Part shown: in pieces, positions 46,776 through 56,842 of the stretch
Position numbering within the stretch: position 1 is the first letter of the stretch
How the letters are laid out: each line of letters starts with the position of its first letter
The notes under the pieces: model-generated
Told to the model about the DNA's origin: nothing
Databases searched by the model: none
What the model saw: only the letters and a program-made list of their open reading frames with translations
DNA from: Macrostomum lignano
Taxonomy: Eukaryota
Reading direction: 5' to 3'
DNA: 56,842 bases
Assembly: GCA_002269645.1 (NCBI GenBank)
Contig: NIVC01002984.1
Coordinates: 1-56,842 of the forward strand
Position numbers and translations under genes: made by a program

Positions 46776-49349
46776 TTTGCTGCAAACCGTTTTCCAAAAC
46801 GATTAATCAGGTTTTGCTGGCAATCTTATCGATTATATATTGAGTTCCCTTATTTCATCAATTTCAACTCTATATGAGCAGCAGCAGCTTTTCAGTCTGG
46901 AATTCAGAGCAGTCTACTCGTAGTTCAGTTTAGTTCTGCTTCCTGTCTTCGCTTCTGTAGAGTATTGTGGCCTCTCCGCCAGCGACTGTATTTTCCAGCA
47001 AATTTTCCTTCAAATGACCGTGTACTCGGCACTGAGCAAGTCTGCAGATCATCTGCCAGGATATCGTACAGAGCACAGTACATAGCATAGCATACCTGCG
47101 CATAATTCAACGTGTAAAAAACTTTTTTCTCCTGCTGATTAGTATCGATTTTGTATTTTCTGCAAGTCTCCGCTCATCATTAGTTTCTCCATTGTGACAT
47201 TATGCAATTTGGCGTAATATACGAGCTAGTAGATGTCACCGTGTTGACTTCTTCGGAGATGCTAGAATACATTCCCAAAAGATCAGTTTTCCGGAGTCGC
47301 AGTTGAGGACCACTAGCTAGAAGTTTATAAGTATCTAGTCGGCCGCAAACTAATTAAGATCTTACATATGTTTTGAACTAGTGAGAGGCAGATAGCTCTA
47401 TAAGAGAGTGGCATACAAGCAAGCAATTTTTTCATTTTTAGAATACTAGACTTATATAGTAGAATGAGTCACTTCTTTCATTTTGAGTTAAGCAAGAAAC
47501 AGACAAAGTATGCTTTAAATGAAAAATATACATAGAATAAAGGAAGCACAATATAAATACGCATGACACATGTTGTTGTTGCCAAGGTTAGACCTAGTAA
47601 TAAAAATTGTAGAAATTATATTCTATTTGAAACAATTTTAGAAAGCTTAGAAAGAAAGAAAAGAACTTTTTATCAAAAAAGAACACTCATTTAAATCATC
47701 TATCCAGATTCCAAAGTAGCTATCAAATAATAATAATAAATTATATACAATATTAAAACCATTTGCCAAAACAAAGTAGATGCTTTTTAAACATATAGAT
47801 GTTTGTATGTATTAAATAATTACAGTTTTTTTATATATTAACTATTAGACCTGACCCTGGTCTAGACCTAATATAGGCCTAACTATTAATTATAATTATA
47901 ATATAAGCCAAGGCTACATTTAGCTTAGGCCATTATATTGAAAAAAATTAATAATAATTTGTATTATTAATTGTGGATATATGATTATAGTAGGCATGCC
48001 AGTAATATATTGACGTATGTTACAAATAGTAGATCCTTATAGATCCCTAATTGTTTGATTTGATCATCAGCCATTAACATAGTTTATGCTTTGCTATGTG
48101 TTCAATTGTTTTAGAATTCATTAGCAGCTATGTGAAAAATATAGAACTACAAGTAGAAGCTTGACACAGATTGCTGATTGCTTTTTGTAGCTTTGTTTTA
48201 TATATTATGGTTCAAAAGTTAAAAGTGCTTAAAGGTTAAAAACATGATAAGACCCTATTTTGTAGAATAACCAATTTACTATTGCAATACAAAAAGGTGA
48301 TTTATTATTTCAATATTAGCCTAGATTTGAGTGTGGGCATGCATTCAAATTTTTGGCATGCATTTGTTAGGGGCCTACTATTCATTTTTTGCATAAGTGT
48401 GCAACTAGTATGATCCAGACTATGGTTTAGACTGTAGCTACAATTAAATAGTTGAGTATATTATAAGGCCCAGACAATAGATAAAAAATAAACGAGAAAA
48501 GCATATAAAATGAAAATATTTCATTTATAGGCTCTATAATTTTAAAACACTTATTTATATACAAAAGCTAAAGATATAGAGAGTATTTACAAAGTTGAAT
48601 ATTTGGCTATCTTTTGGTTTCTTGCATTGAATTATGTTAATATGATATTATATTATAAAACAAGTTTGAATGGCACAATAGACATGAGCATAACAAAAAA
48701 TGAAAAATACAATAAAGGAAGCTAGTCAATTACCTATCTCAAGAAAATGTAGTACATATTCTAGCATGCATTTGAAAATGTCAATATGCATAGTATGCAT
48801 TATAAAATATCAGCATGTAACTGAAGGAAAGTATAGTTATGAGCACATATAAATGACATGCAATATGCATTATTATATATTGGCATAAATCATATGATCT
48901 TTAGTTTGGAAGGTGACATGTATGCTGGGATTTCCCAGTATACAACAAAGATCTTACCATTTTTAGCATATATCAAAGTATATCCCAGCGTACATGACAG
49001 CAGATACATTGTATCAAATGACAATTTTTTGTATTGGCACATAAACCCAGCATACAAATGAGGTCTTGTCATTTTTTCTAGCATTAAACCCAGTGTACAC
49101 TAATATACAATCTAAACTATGGCATTTGATAGATAAACATTCAAAGTCATTTGTTGCAAAAAGTTTTTATGATTTAAGGCTAAATTAGAAGAATAGTTTT
49201 TCTACAGTATTACCTAAAATAAATATATAATTAAAAAGACATCAATAGTATTTTTTAGAGGCAGGGGGGTTGTGTGCACCTTGGTGCACTTTAAGCGACA
49301 TAGGCACACAACTGGCGAGAGGCATTGCTGCCCATTTTGCCAATTCCCC

Positions 49350-49604
49350 TGAGCAGGCATACAAGCGTGCGGATACATACGCAGGCACACACTCACATAG
49401 GAGTATACAGCAGCCTTAACTTTATATTATCATTAGGCATATACACTTTAGTGCCTTGGGGGTTGGCTCTCAAGGCCATTAATTGTACAAGCAGAGCCAA
49501 GCCAAGATTCCAATTCAGCCCCAAATTAATGTGACTGCACTTGGAATCGAGCCTGGGTTGCTGGCACAGCAGAGCAGCTACGCTACTGCTGGGCTATGGC
49601 CCCC
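49350..49604 (-). mobile_element. tRNA-derived SINE (head 49604-49543; 3' boundary uncertain)
   Basis: Minus strand GGGGGCCA-TAGCCCAGCAG (A box)...CCAGGCTCGATTCC (B box). Confidence 0.55.
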
Positions 49605-50141
49605 AACATCAATAGTTATTAGTAGGAGAGTAGGACTATGTACATATAGGTTGTATCATTAGTTTAGTTTCAATTGAAACTTATATTATAAAAATAAAAA
49701 GCCATAAAAGAGATCCTTTATTGTTGTAACTATAAAAAGATCTTTAATTATTGTTGCCACTATAAAAAAGTCCTTTGTTGCATCTATAATTGGCATTTAC
49801 TTGGTGTTAGTATGCATTTACTTGGCATTGGTATGAATTAATTCAAAACATTCTAGTGTGCACTCAGCATTATCTAGACTATGGGTCAGCTAGTAAGTTG
49901 CACTACAGTAGATAGTAGTAACTAATCTAGAATAGGATGAACTCCTAAAGTGCCATTGCCATATAATGGAATATATATAATGCATGTCAAAATAATTTAA
50001 CATTGGAAACCAAAAGATTGCTGAATATTTAACTAGGCATAGGTCAAGACATATTATTCAAAACTAGGCCTAGGCCTCTCTATATAATAAATAAATTTAT
50101 TTTTCCTTTTGCTTTCTATAAAGCAAGTGTGATTATTGTAA

Positions 50142-50736
50142 CTTAAAAGAATTTTTGGATATCTTGCAAAATCGTTTGTTAAATTCATTATACACATATT
50201 TTTTAGCTATTGATATGAAACTTTCCGAAAAAGAATATTTTCATTATGCTAACATTTTAGAAGTGTTTTGGCATTAAAATTCTATTTGTATAGGGGTTGT
50301 AAGTTAACTTTTATTGCAATTTCTGGGTTTTTCTAGTTTTTTTTTCAAAATTTAATGACTAGCCCTATTAACAATTATGCAATTTTGAATTTGTGCATTG
50401 ATGTCACTGGCAAATAATTTTCTATGGCTAAAATTAGTTACAAACTCTAGGGCTTTAAGGAGATTGGTGCTACTAAGCTGCAAATACTGCAAAAAAGTGC
50501 TTTCCACTTAAAAATGGCTAGTGGACAACTTTCTGCCCTAATACAGATTGTGCCATCTCACGAGGTTTGTCCAGCCCTTGAACTAACAAAAATAGACACT
50601 TTTAAACACTTTTAAAATTTTGGCATAATGAAAATATTCATTTTTGAAAAGTTTCATGTCAATAGCTAAAAAATGTGTGTACAGCCATAGAGTGAATTTA
50701 ATAAACGATTCTGCAAGATAGCCAAATTCTTATAAG
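50142..50736. mobile_element. ~595-bp AT-rich MITE with ~130-bp TIRs
   Basis: 50142-50269 matches the reverse complement of 50604-50736 with scattered mismatches and one short indel. Confidence 0.85.
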
Positions 50737-51306
50737 AATATTGATTAAAAATCCTTTTGTCGTATACATTATTTATTTAAAGTAAAAATTGCATAAAATC
50801 ATATTAAAACATTAACATTAGCTACTTTTATTGATTTTATCAGTAGGTAGGCCTAGACTAAGTAGGGGCCTATAAAAACAAATAGGCCTAGGCCTAACTA
50901 AGCAATAGCCTAGGCCAACAAATTATTAGACCAGATTTTTAGCATATTGAATTTTAGTCATTTAGATATATAGACCTAAAATAATTAAATAGACCTCAAT
51001 AGACTTAAAATAGGTTGACGGTCATTTCGTCTGCCGCCTTTTCGTCTGCCAATATACGATATAGTCGTTTCGTCTGCCAATATATATAATATAGGACTTC
51101 TTCAAGTTTATGTTGATAAAATACTTCCGATTTTTCGATTTTTCCAGCGTTGGCTGTACAGCGCAGAAAATCTGTTTGCACAGTTGGCGTTATGAGTGTC
51201 ACGATTATTGGTGTAGCGGCTATGACCCTTAGAAGGGCCGTTTTACGAGAGTCGTCGTAAGTCGTAGTCCCAAAATGAATCGAGTCAAGTCTTGAGAAGC
51301 GGATTG

Positions 51307-51921
51307 TGTAGCGAAGCACTTGGCGTACAAGGCAGGGAACTGCCGTAGTTGATTTATTGTTGAGATCAATATTCTAATTGGTTAATGTCAATACAGAACT
51401 TATTGCGCTTTGGGACACTGGCGGCTGCAACAATGGTTTTGAATTGAAGGTAGGTTAGAAATTGCAGTCGAGTGGCAGGCGAGTGATGCAATGCGATGCA
51501 ACGTGGTGAGTAACGGCGATGAGCACAGAAGAGGCAGATGCGTAGTGGTGAGATTGGCGTTAGCCGTGGCAGACAGTGGCAGGCAGTGTAAACAGGCTGG
51601 CCCAGACAGAGGAGCCGTGGCGAGAGATAAGGAGGCTCGAGGCAGCCAGACAAGAGAAGGAAAACAAGACGCCAAGAGGCCAAGAAGCCTAAACAGCTAA
51701 ACAGGCTAGACAGGCCAGCACAGAGAGGAGGCCCCCAGCCCGCCAGGCAGGGTTTAATAAAGGAACGCAGAGGGGGGTAGCGCGAAGCACGAGCGGTTTT
51801 CATTGGCTGGCTAAAGAACTTAAAATTATCGATCGTGCAAGTTTTCTACGGCGCATGAGAGGATAGCAAAACGCGCAGTGAATTAGCGACATTAGGTACA
51901 GATTCATTGGGCACTACTACA
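51307..51921 (-). mobile_element. Possible LTR-like fragment
   Basis: Minus-strand CCAAT (~51802-51806), TTTATTAAA, pyrimidine-rich leader, AATAAA (~51353-51358); TGTAG...CTACA ends but no TSD. Confidence 0.3.
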
Positions 51922-51929
51922 AGTAAACG

Positions 51930-52430
51930 TTAAAATAAACGATTGGAGGAATTGTAGAGGAGCTGCAGTCCAACGGCCCTTTTACGGGACCACTTTAAAC
52001 TGACAACGTCACAATGAGCATCACTGTGTAGATTGAGAACAGGTTGAATCGCTGCAGCAAACTTCCGTTGAAAGCAATCACCTATATGGCTGAGATGGAG
52101 ACCATATCGACTTTTCACTGTTCAGATAGAGACGCTCCATGGTCCTGACAGCAGTCACCAACTTTTCGCTTGGGTATTTTAGACTGAGCTCTGTTATGCT
52201 TTTCATTCTGATAAAAAGCTTGCTTGCATCGTGATTAACTTCTTGGAGTTCCAACATGCAGCCATCACTGCAGCATGTCCGCAGCAGCCAACCTGCAATG
52301 TAGGCAAACTTCTCGTCTATGAAACTAGCTATCGAAATCATCTTGCAGATCGGCAAGATCTTCCGACAAATTTTTGCCAAATTTGCCACATGATGTCTGA
52401 TTACAGTCGACCACGGATTGTTCACGTGGT
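51930..52430 (-). pseudogene. C-terminal remnant of a P-element/THAP9-like transposase
   Basis: YIAGWLLR..C..GC..L....FIRMK....LKYPSEKLV.AV..ME fits the P/THAP9 C-terminal pattern; frameshifted; catalytic core absent. Confidence 0.7.
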
Positions 52431-52563
52431 CTGTCTCACGGATTGTTCAACACAGTCAGACGAAGGCATGCCTCTGAATGGCTTTCAGTCAGTTAAAGAT
52501 TTTGTGATTTACTACACCTTTTCACGTTCAATTTTGAACAAAGTCCAGTTCTAAAAAAGCGGA

Positions 52564-52652
52564 AATTCAGACTGGGGCAACAACCCCAGTTAAAAACATT
52601 ATGCAACCGAAGCAAATTTTAGTCATAGACAAAATTGTCCCCAGTCTGAATT
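52564..52652. repeat. 89-bp element with a 14-bp perfect inverted repeat
   Basis: AATTCAGACTGGGG (52564-52577) / CCCCAGTCTGAATT (52639-52652). Confidence 0.8.
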
Positions 52653-53869
52653 GTCTGAATTGCATTTCGGCTAGTTTTTTACTACTAGAATTTGTTCAAA
52701 ATTGAACGTGAAAAGGTGTATTAGCCTATGCACCTATAAGTACGACTTGACTAGCCAGAATTCAGACCTCAGCTCCTTGCTCACACAGTCTGCTGTCTAT
52801 GGCTTATACGCTAGCTATCTGAAACTAAGCTGACATGTTGAGATTCGCTTCTGCTTAAAACGGGCTTCGATGCTGGCTACGGTTACTCAAATTCCTTCAT
52901 CGGAAAAATAGTCTATGCGAGTATCTATTTCGGCGCACTTTTCACCCTAAAAACTAGTCTTGAGTATTAAGTATTCAATTGAGTATTCTGTGCAAGTTTT
53001 GTGGCCCTAACCGCGTGCAATCGGGCCCTCCATTTTTCCATGCATTTGTATGTCATTGTTGTGTATTGCGCCAATTGTTCTCATTTTTACTTTTTTATAC
53101 TGTTCTTGCTAATTGCCCCTATTGTTTTTGTTCTGCTTCTTTTTTTATCTGAACCCTATCTACCAGACTTCCAGAACTGTGTCACTGTCGACCTGAATGC
53201 GCCCACCTCCTGCAAATCTGCATTTTTTTCACTCACTTGTTGATGCATTTTTAGAAACGGGTCAAGAAAGTTTGAAGACCTCAGCCCAGAAAAAAGGAGT
53301 CCTATAAACGACCTAAGAGACCATCAGGTACGGCCTTGGGATTCTTTTTAAACAGAGGATTTCTCTCTCAAAAACCATCAGGGTCTCTATCGGTGCTGTC
53401 GACAGGCGTAGAGCCCATATTTCCCGACTCCTTTCTGTCTGTGTGCGCATGTTCGCGACTAAATAGGTCGCATGGTGGATTGAGGACGAAGACCACAAGG
53501 GGGTTCATTTTCCCGCGTCTGTAGCTGCGTAGCACATGGCGTCGTCGGCTGCAGGATTTTCCTCGCCAGCTCTATTTGTGAATCGAAGTCCAACATCGCC
53601 TTAGGCCGGTGTGGGGTGCGTTTTGGCAGCACCACGGTGGCAGATGCGACGGCGGTGACGAAGGCGTCGCGGGTCAGAAGTTAGAAGGGTTTAAACAAAA
53701 TTGGTCTTCGTATCTGGGTTGCGGAGATCGGACCAGAGAGTAAAGGGCGACTGCTATATGTACGCTCGTAGATGTGCCAGCGGAAGTCGACGTCCCAGGC
53801 GTGGTCGGGCAGAGTTAGCTCGTAAGACACTTGGGCTAATGTTGCTCACCTTGGCCATGTGCTTTTTGT

Positions 53870-55560
53870 AATATATTTTGGTTAGTTTTGAATTAATAAA
53901 TAGTCATGTTTCGGGCAAAGCAGCCGGTCAAGGCGAGTGACACGCCCGTTGTACCATAAAAAAGTGGGAAGCTTGGCAGAACAGCTCCTTCGAGGTGTAA
54001 ATCAGTGAGGAAAGAAGAGTTGGGATTTAGACGTCCACATCGGTTCTTGACCAGCTCGCCGTCAACCGCATGGGAGCCATGATAAAGAAAGCGTTGTGGG
54101 CCTGTAGAGAGCTGCAGATCTGTCTCGGAGTCCTGGTCCTGTGTAGAGATCGCCGGTGGCCTCGCTGTCTTCACTCGTTTGTGGACTAGTCGGTGCGTAC
54201 ACGCAGATGAGATTCAGCCGGCAGCCTTTCAGGGCAAAGGTCGCGCGGCCGATTCGGTCGTTGTTGAAGCTGATGTCGATAAGAGCAGCAACAGTAGCGT
54301 AAGACAGGAGGAAGCCGATTCAACCCTCGCCTCCATCCTCCATGGCGATTGGCTGGAGTGGCCCTGAACTGCCATCTAGCTCCGACATCAGTTTCCTCGA
54401 TGCTGACTCGGCGGTGCTCCTGAGCAGTGCGGGCGGGGCATAGTTCGCCAAGCCTCAGCGTGGCCACTAACTATAACTCGGCGTGGAAACTGGACGTCAC
54501 GTGGCCAGCAGCGACGCACAGCGTGGCGTTGGGCTCGACCAGGACGCCGCTGCGCCGTCCAGGACGCCGTCCTTCGCCGCTCCGTCGGTCCAGACCACGG
54601 TGCGGGCGGGCGGCATAGCGGCGAGCGTCTGCTCCACCGCGGCTCTCCGGGCCTCCGGCAGGTCCCCCCGCGAGGTCGGGGAGGCGCCAGCTGCAGCCCG
54701 AAGGTGACGGAGTCCAGGTCAGCCCAGGGAGGTGCCGCAGGTGCAGCAGGTGCCGGGACTCGGCCCACCAGTAGAGCCGCGCTAGAGACGCTCGGCCAGC
54801 TTGGCCAGGGTGGAGGTGAGGGCAATCGGCCGGTATAAGCCGATCTCGTCGGCTGGCTTGCCCTTTTTGAGGACCGGCACGTGGGCACGGCGCCACGCCG
54901 CGGGGACCTCCCCGGATCCACGACCGTTGATCAGCTGCAAGACCGCCGGCGCTGCAAGTTGCTATTTCAACCGAAGCGCACCCTCGTGGATGAGTATTGC
55001 AACACCTTCTCCGCGCTTGGGGCCGCCGGAGTGCCGGCCGCTCTGTCGGTGGCACCAGATCGCGTTGAACCCCGACAGGCGCGGATCCGATCCCTCGGTG
55101 ATGTGGGTCTCTTGTTGACACGCCACGTCGACGCGCAGGTCAGCAGCACCTTGCACAGTTCGGGCATCTTAGAGGCGACGCCCTCTGCGCGTTGAGTTGC
55201 AAGAGGTGCAGGCTACTGGGGGGGGGCCGCGCACGCGCGGACCGCCGGGTCGGGAGGCGCCTCGCGCCGCCGGGGTCGCCGTTGAGACTCGGCGGCTGGT
55301 TCAGGCGTCGGCTAGGCATTTAATCGGCAGGTAGCGGCCAGATGCCAATTGGGCGGCGAAGGGACTGAGTTGCGGTGCTGGGCCTCGGGAAGGGCCCGTT
55401 GCTGGTCTGCATTTCGTGCACCTTGAGGTCCTCCTCGAGGAGGCGTAGGCCGTTGCTCTCCGTCTCGGCATTGCGCCTTGCGCCTGGCGGTGTATCTGCA
55501 CCGTCGACGCTGGGAAGCTTCAGAACTGCGCCGACCGCGGTGGATTGCCATATTAGCCGT
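53870..55560 (-). mobile_element. Degenerate, multiply deleted non-LTR retrotransposon with APE endonuclease, RT and RNase H remnants (I-group: Ingi/I/R1/Loa-like)
   Basis: APE: LHLLQLNAQ, VDVACQQETH, GEGVAILI. RT start: GEVPAAWRRAHVPVLKKGK...YRPIALTSTLAKLAERL. RNase H: VVWTDGA, SSFHAEL. Many frameshifts and stops; boundaries approximate. Confidence 0.85.
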
Positions 55561-56842
55561 AAGGAGGGTCTCTTACTGCCAAGACTAAATTTATGGCATG
55601 TTGACTTGTATTAGCATCTAGCATTAGCATGTATAGCTCTATCCGGGTGCCTCCGTCCGGCGGTGTAAAGGCCACGGTCAACAGGTGCTGCCGGCCTTCT
55701 GGCAGGTGCGGCAGCTAATATATCAAACCACCAATCTTACTGAGGACAATAACAGCATCGCCAGTCATGTACAGACTCACATACTGTATATGTTACCATT
55801 GCACTATATAAAGAACTGTCGCTCAATCGCTTACTCTTGCACTATCGAACTATGCAGTCTCTCAGACTTAATTCCTACACCGGGGATATAGCCTAAATGA
55901 TATCGATCGACGAATCCCTTGAGAGTTGATGGACGCAGGTTTTAAATTTTGTTAGAGCTCAGATGAGGCTGGTGGGAGTTCAGATACACGCAATCTATTG
56001 AGGTGGTATGAAGGGGTATAGGTTAGGAAGTTTTTAATATGCTGGCAGGTGCACACATTACATGTATATAACCAATATTTTTGTTCCCTACTCGTACTCT
56101 TTATCTCTGAAACATACTCGTATTCACATTGCAGTACACAGCCCCTTCCGCAAAACAATATAATAACTCGTGAAATATATTATCATTAAAACTTAATAAA
56201 AACATTTTTTTGAATGTCGAATTCTGCTATGCTGCAGCTGATAACTCTGATGACAAATATTGACTCACATCTACGTCTCGGACTCTTTATTTTCTTAATA
56301 ATATCTTTATTGGTAAATCCAAATGCTTTTTAGTAGATCTAATGTTGTTACAAGAATTGATAAGTAAAGATAATACAGTTCGTCACATATTTAGAAAATG
56401 CTACTAGAGCTGGAGGGATAAGCTTCTTCAACTGGGCAAAGTTCATGTACTGAGCTTCAACTAGTGACACACTAGCAAACAAAAACGAGGGAACGAGACT
56501 GAAAAAATTAAATAATCTGTAATAAAACTTTGAGATAACAGAAACTGTACAACACAACTAGGTGGAAAATTAAGGTGATCTTATAACTGAATAAAATTTC
56601 TATTAGAATTTTCTGTGAATCATCAGTGCACCATTTGTGTACTACCAAAACTACATTCAATAAAGTGAAAAACGAAAAAAACATGGCAAGAATTACTACA
56701 AATCTGCATTGAGTTCCTTCTAATTGTAATGCAGATATCAAGACGCAAAGATATGGAAAGGATGTCAACAACGCACCCCCTTCATCGCTAGTTTGAACGC
56801 CATCGACAAGTGTCATCTTCACCAGCACTGCTGCGAGAAGTA

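Noticed and set aside
47300-50100. Genes in the AT-rich stretch
   Set aside because: Only short ORFs with AT-driven composition; no exon chain could be built.
51005-51319. 104-aa minus-strand ORF as a gene
   Set aside because: No motif; it spans a repeat boundary.
55230-55560. 2A peptide or defined ORF1 ahead of the APE domain
   Set aside because: No DxExNPGP motif or gag-type zinc knuckle in any minus frame.
55600-55730. HDV-like ribozyme
   Set aside because: P3/L3- and P4-like parts are on the strand opposite the LINE, and no P1 or P2 pairing could be built.

Overview
Eukaryotic (animal) DNA dominated by repeats and transposons: it has spliceosomal introns, TTAGGG repeats, an intronless class A GPCR and abundant 18-30 bp minisatellites. 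A lophotrochozoan such as a Macrostomum-type flatworm is plausible, but that is inference only. The first 28.6 kb look like independent satellites but resolve into a chain of five non-autonomous Helitron-like elements (H0-H4). The standard unit is: a 5' TC(C/T)...TATACTAAA head of ~470-670 bp containing a tRNA-derived Pol III cassette (seen in H1, H3, H4), a minisatellite array that differs between copies (22-23, 24 or 23 bp units with higher-order repeats), a G-rich repeat, and a GC hairpin plus CTAG. Two junctions are direct CTAG|TC fusions. The right half holds the GPCR, a 2.25 kb solo LTR with TSD, and a complete 7.08 kb CMC/EnSpm (CACTA-type) transposon nested in a MITE; that transposon has an intact transposase and a reconstructable 7-exon DUF4806-like gene. 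Also present: a possible orphan secreted protein, a tRNA-derived SINE, MITEs, a P/THAP9-like transposase remnant and a multiply deleted APE-RT-RNase H LINE. All family assignments come from recognised motifs; no database searches were run.
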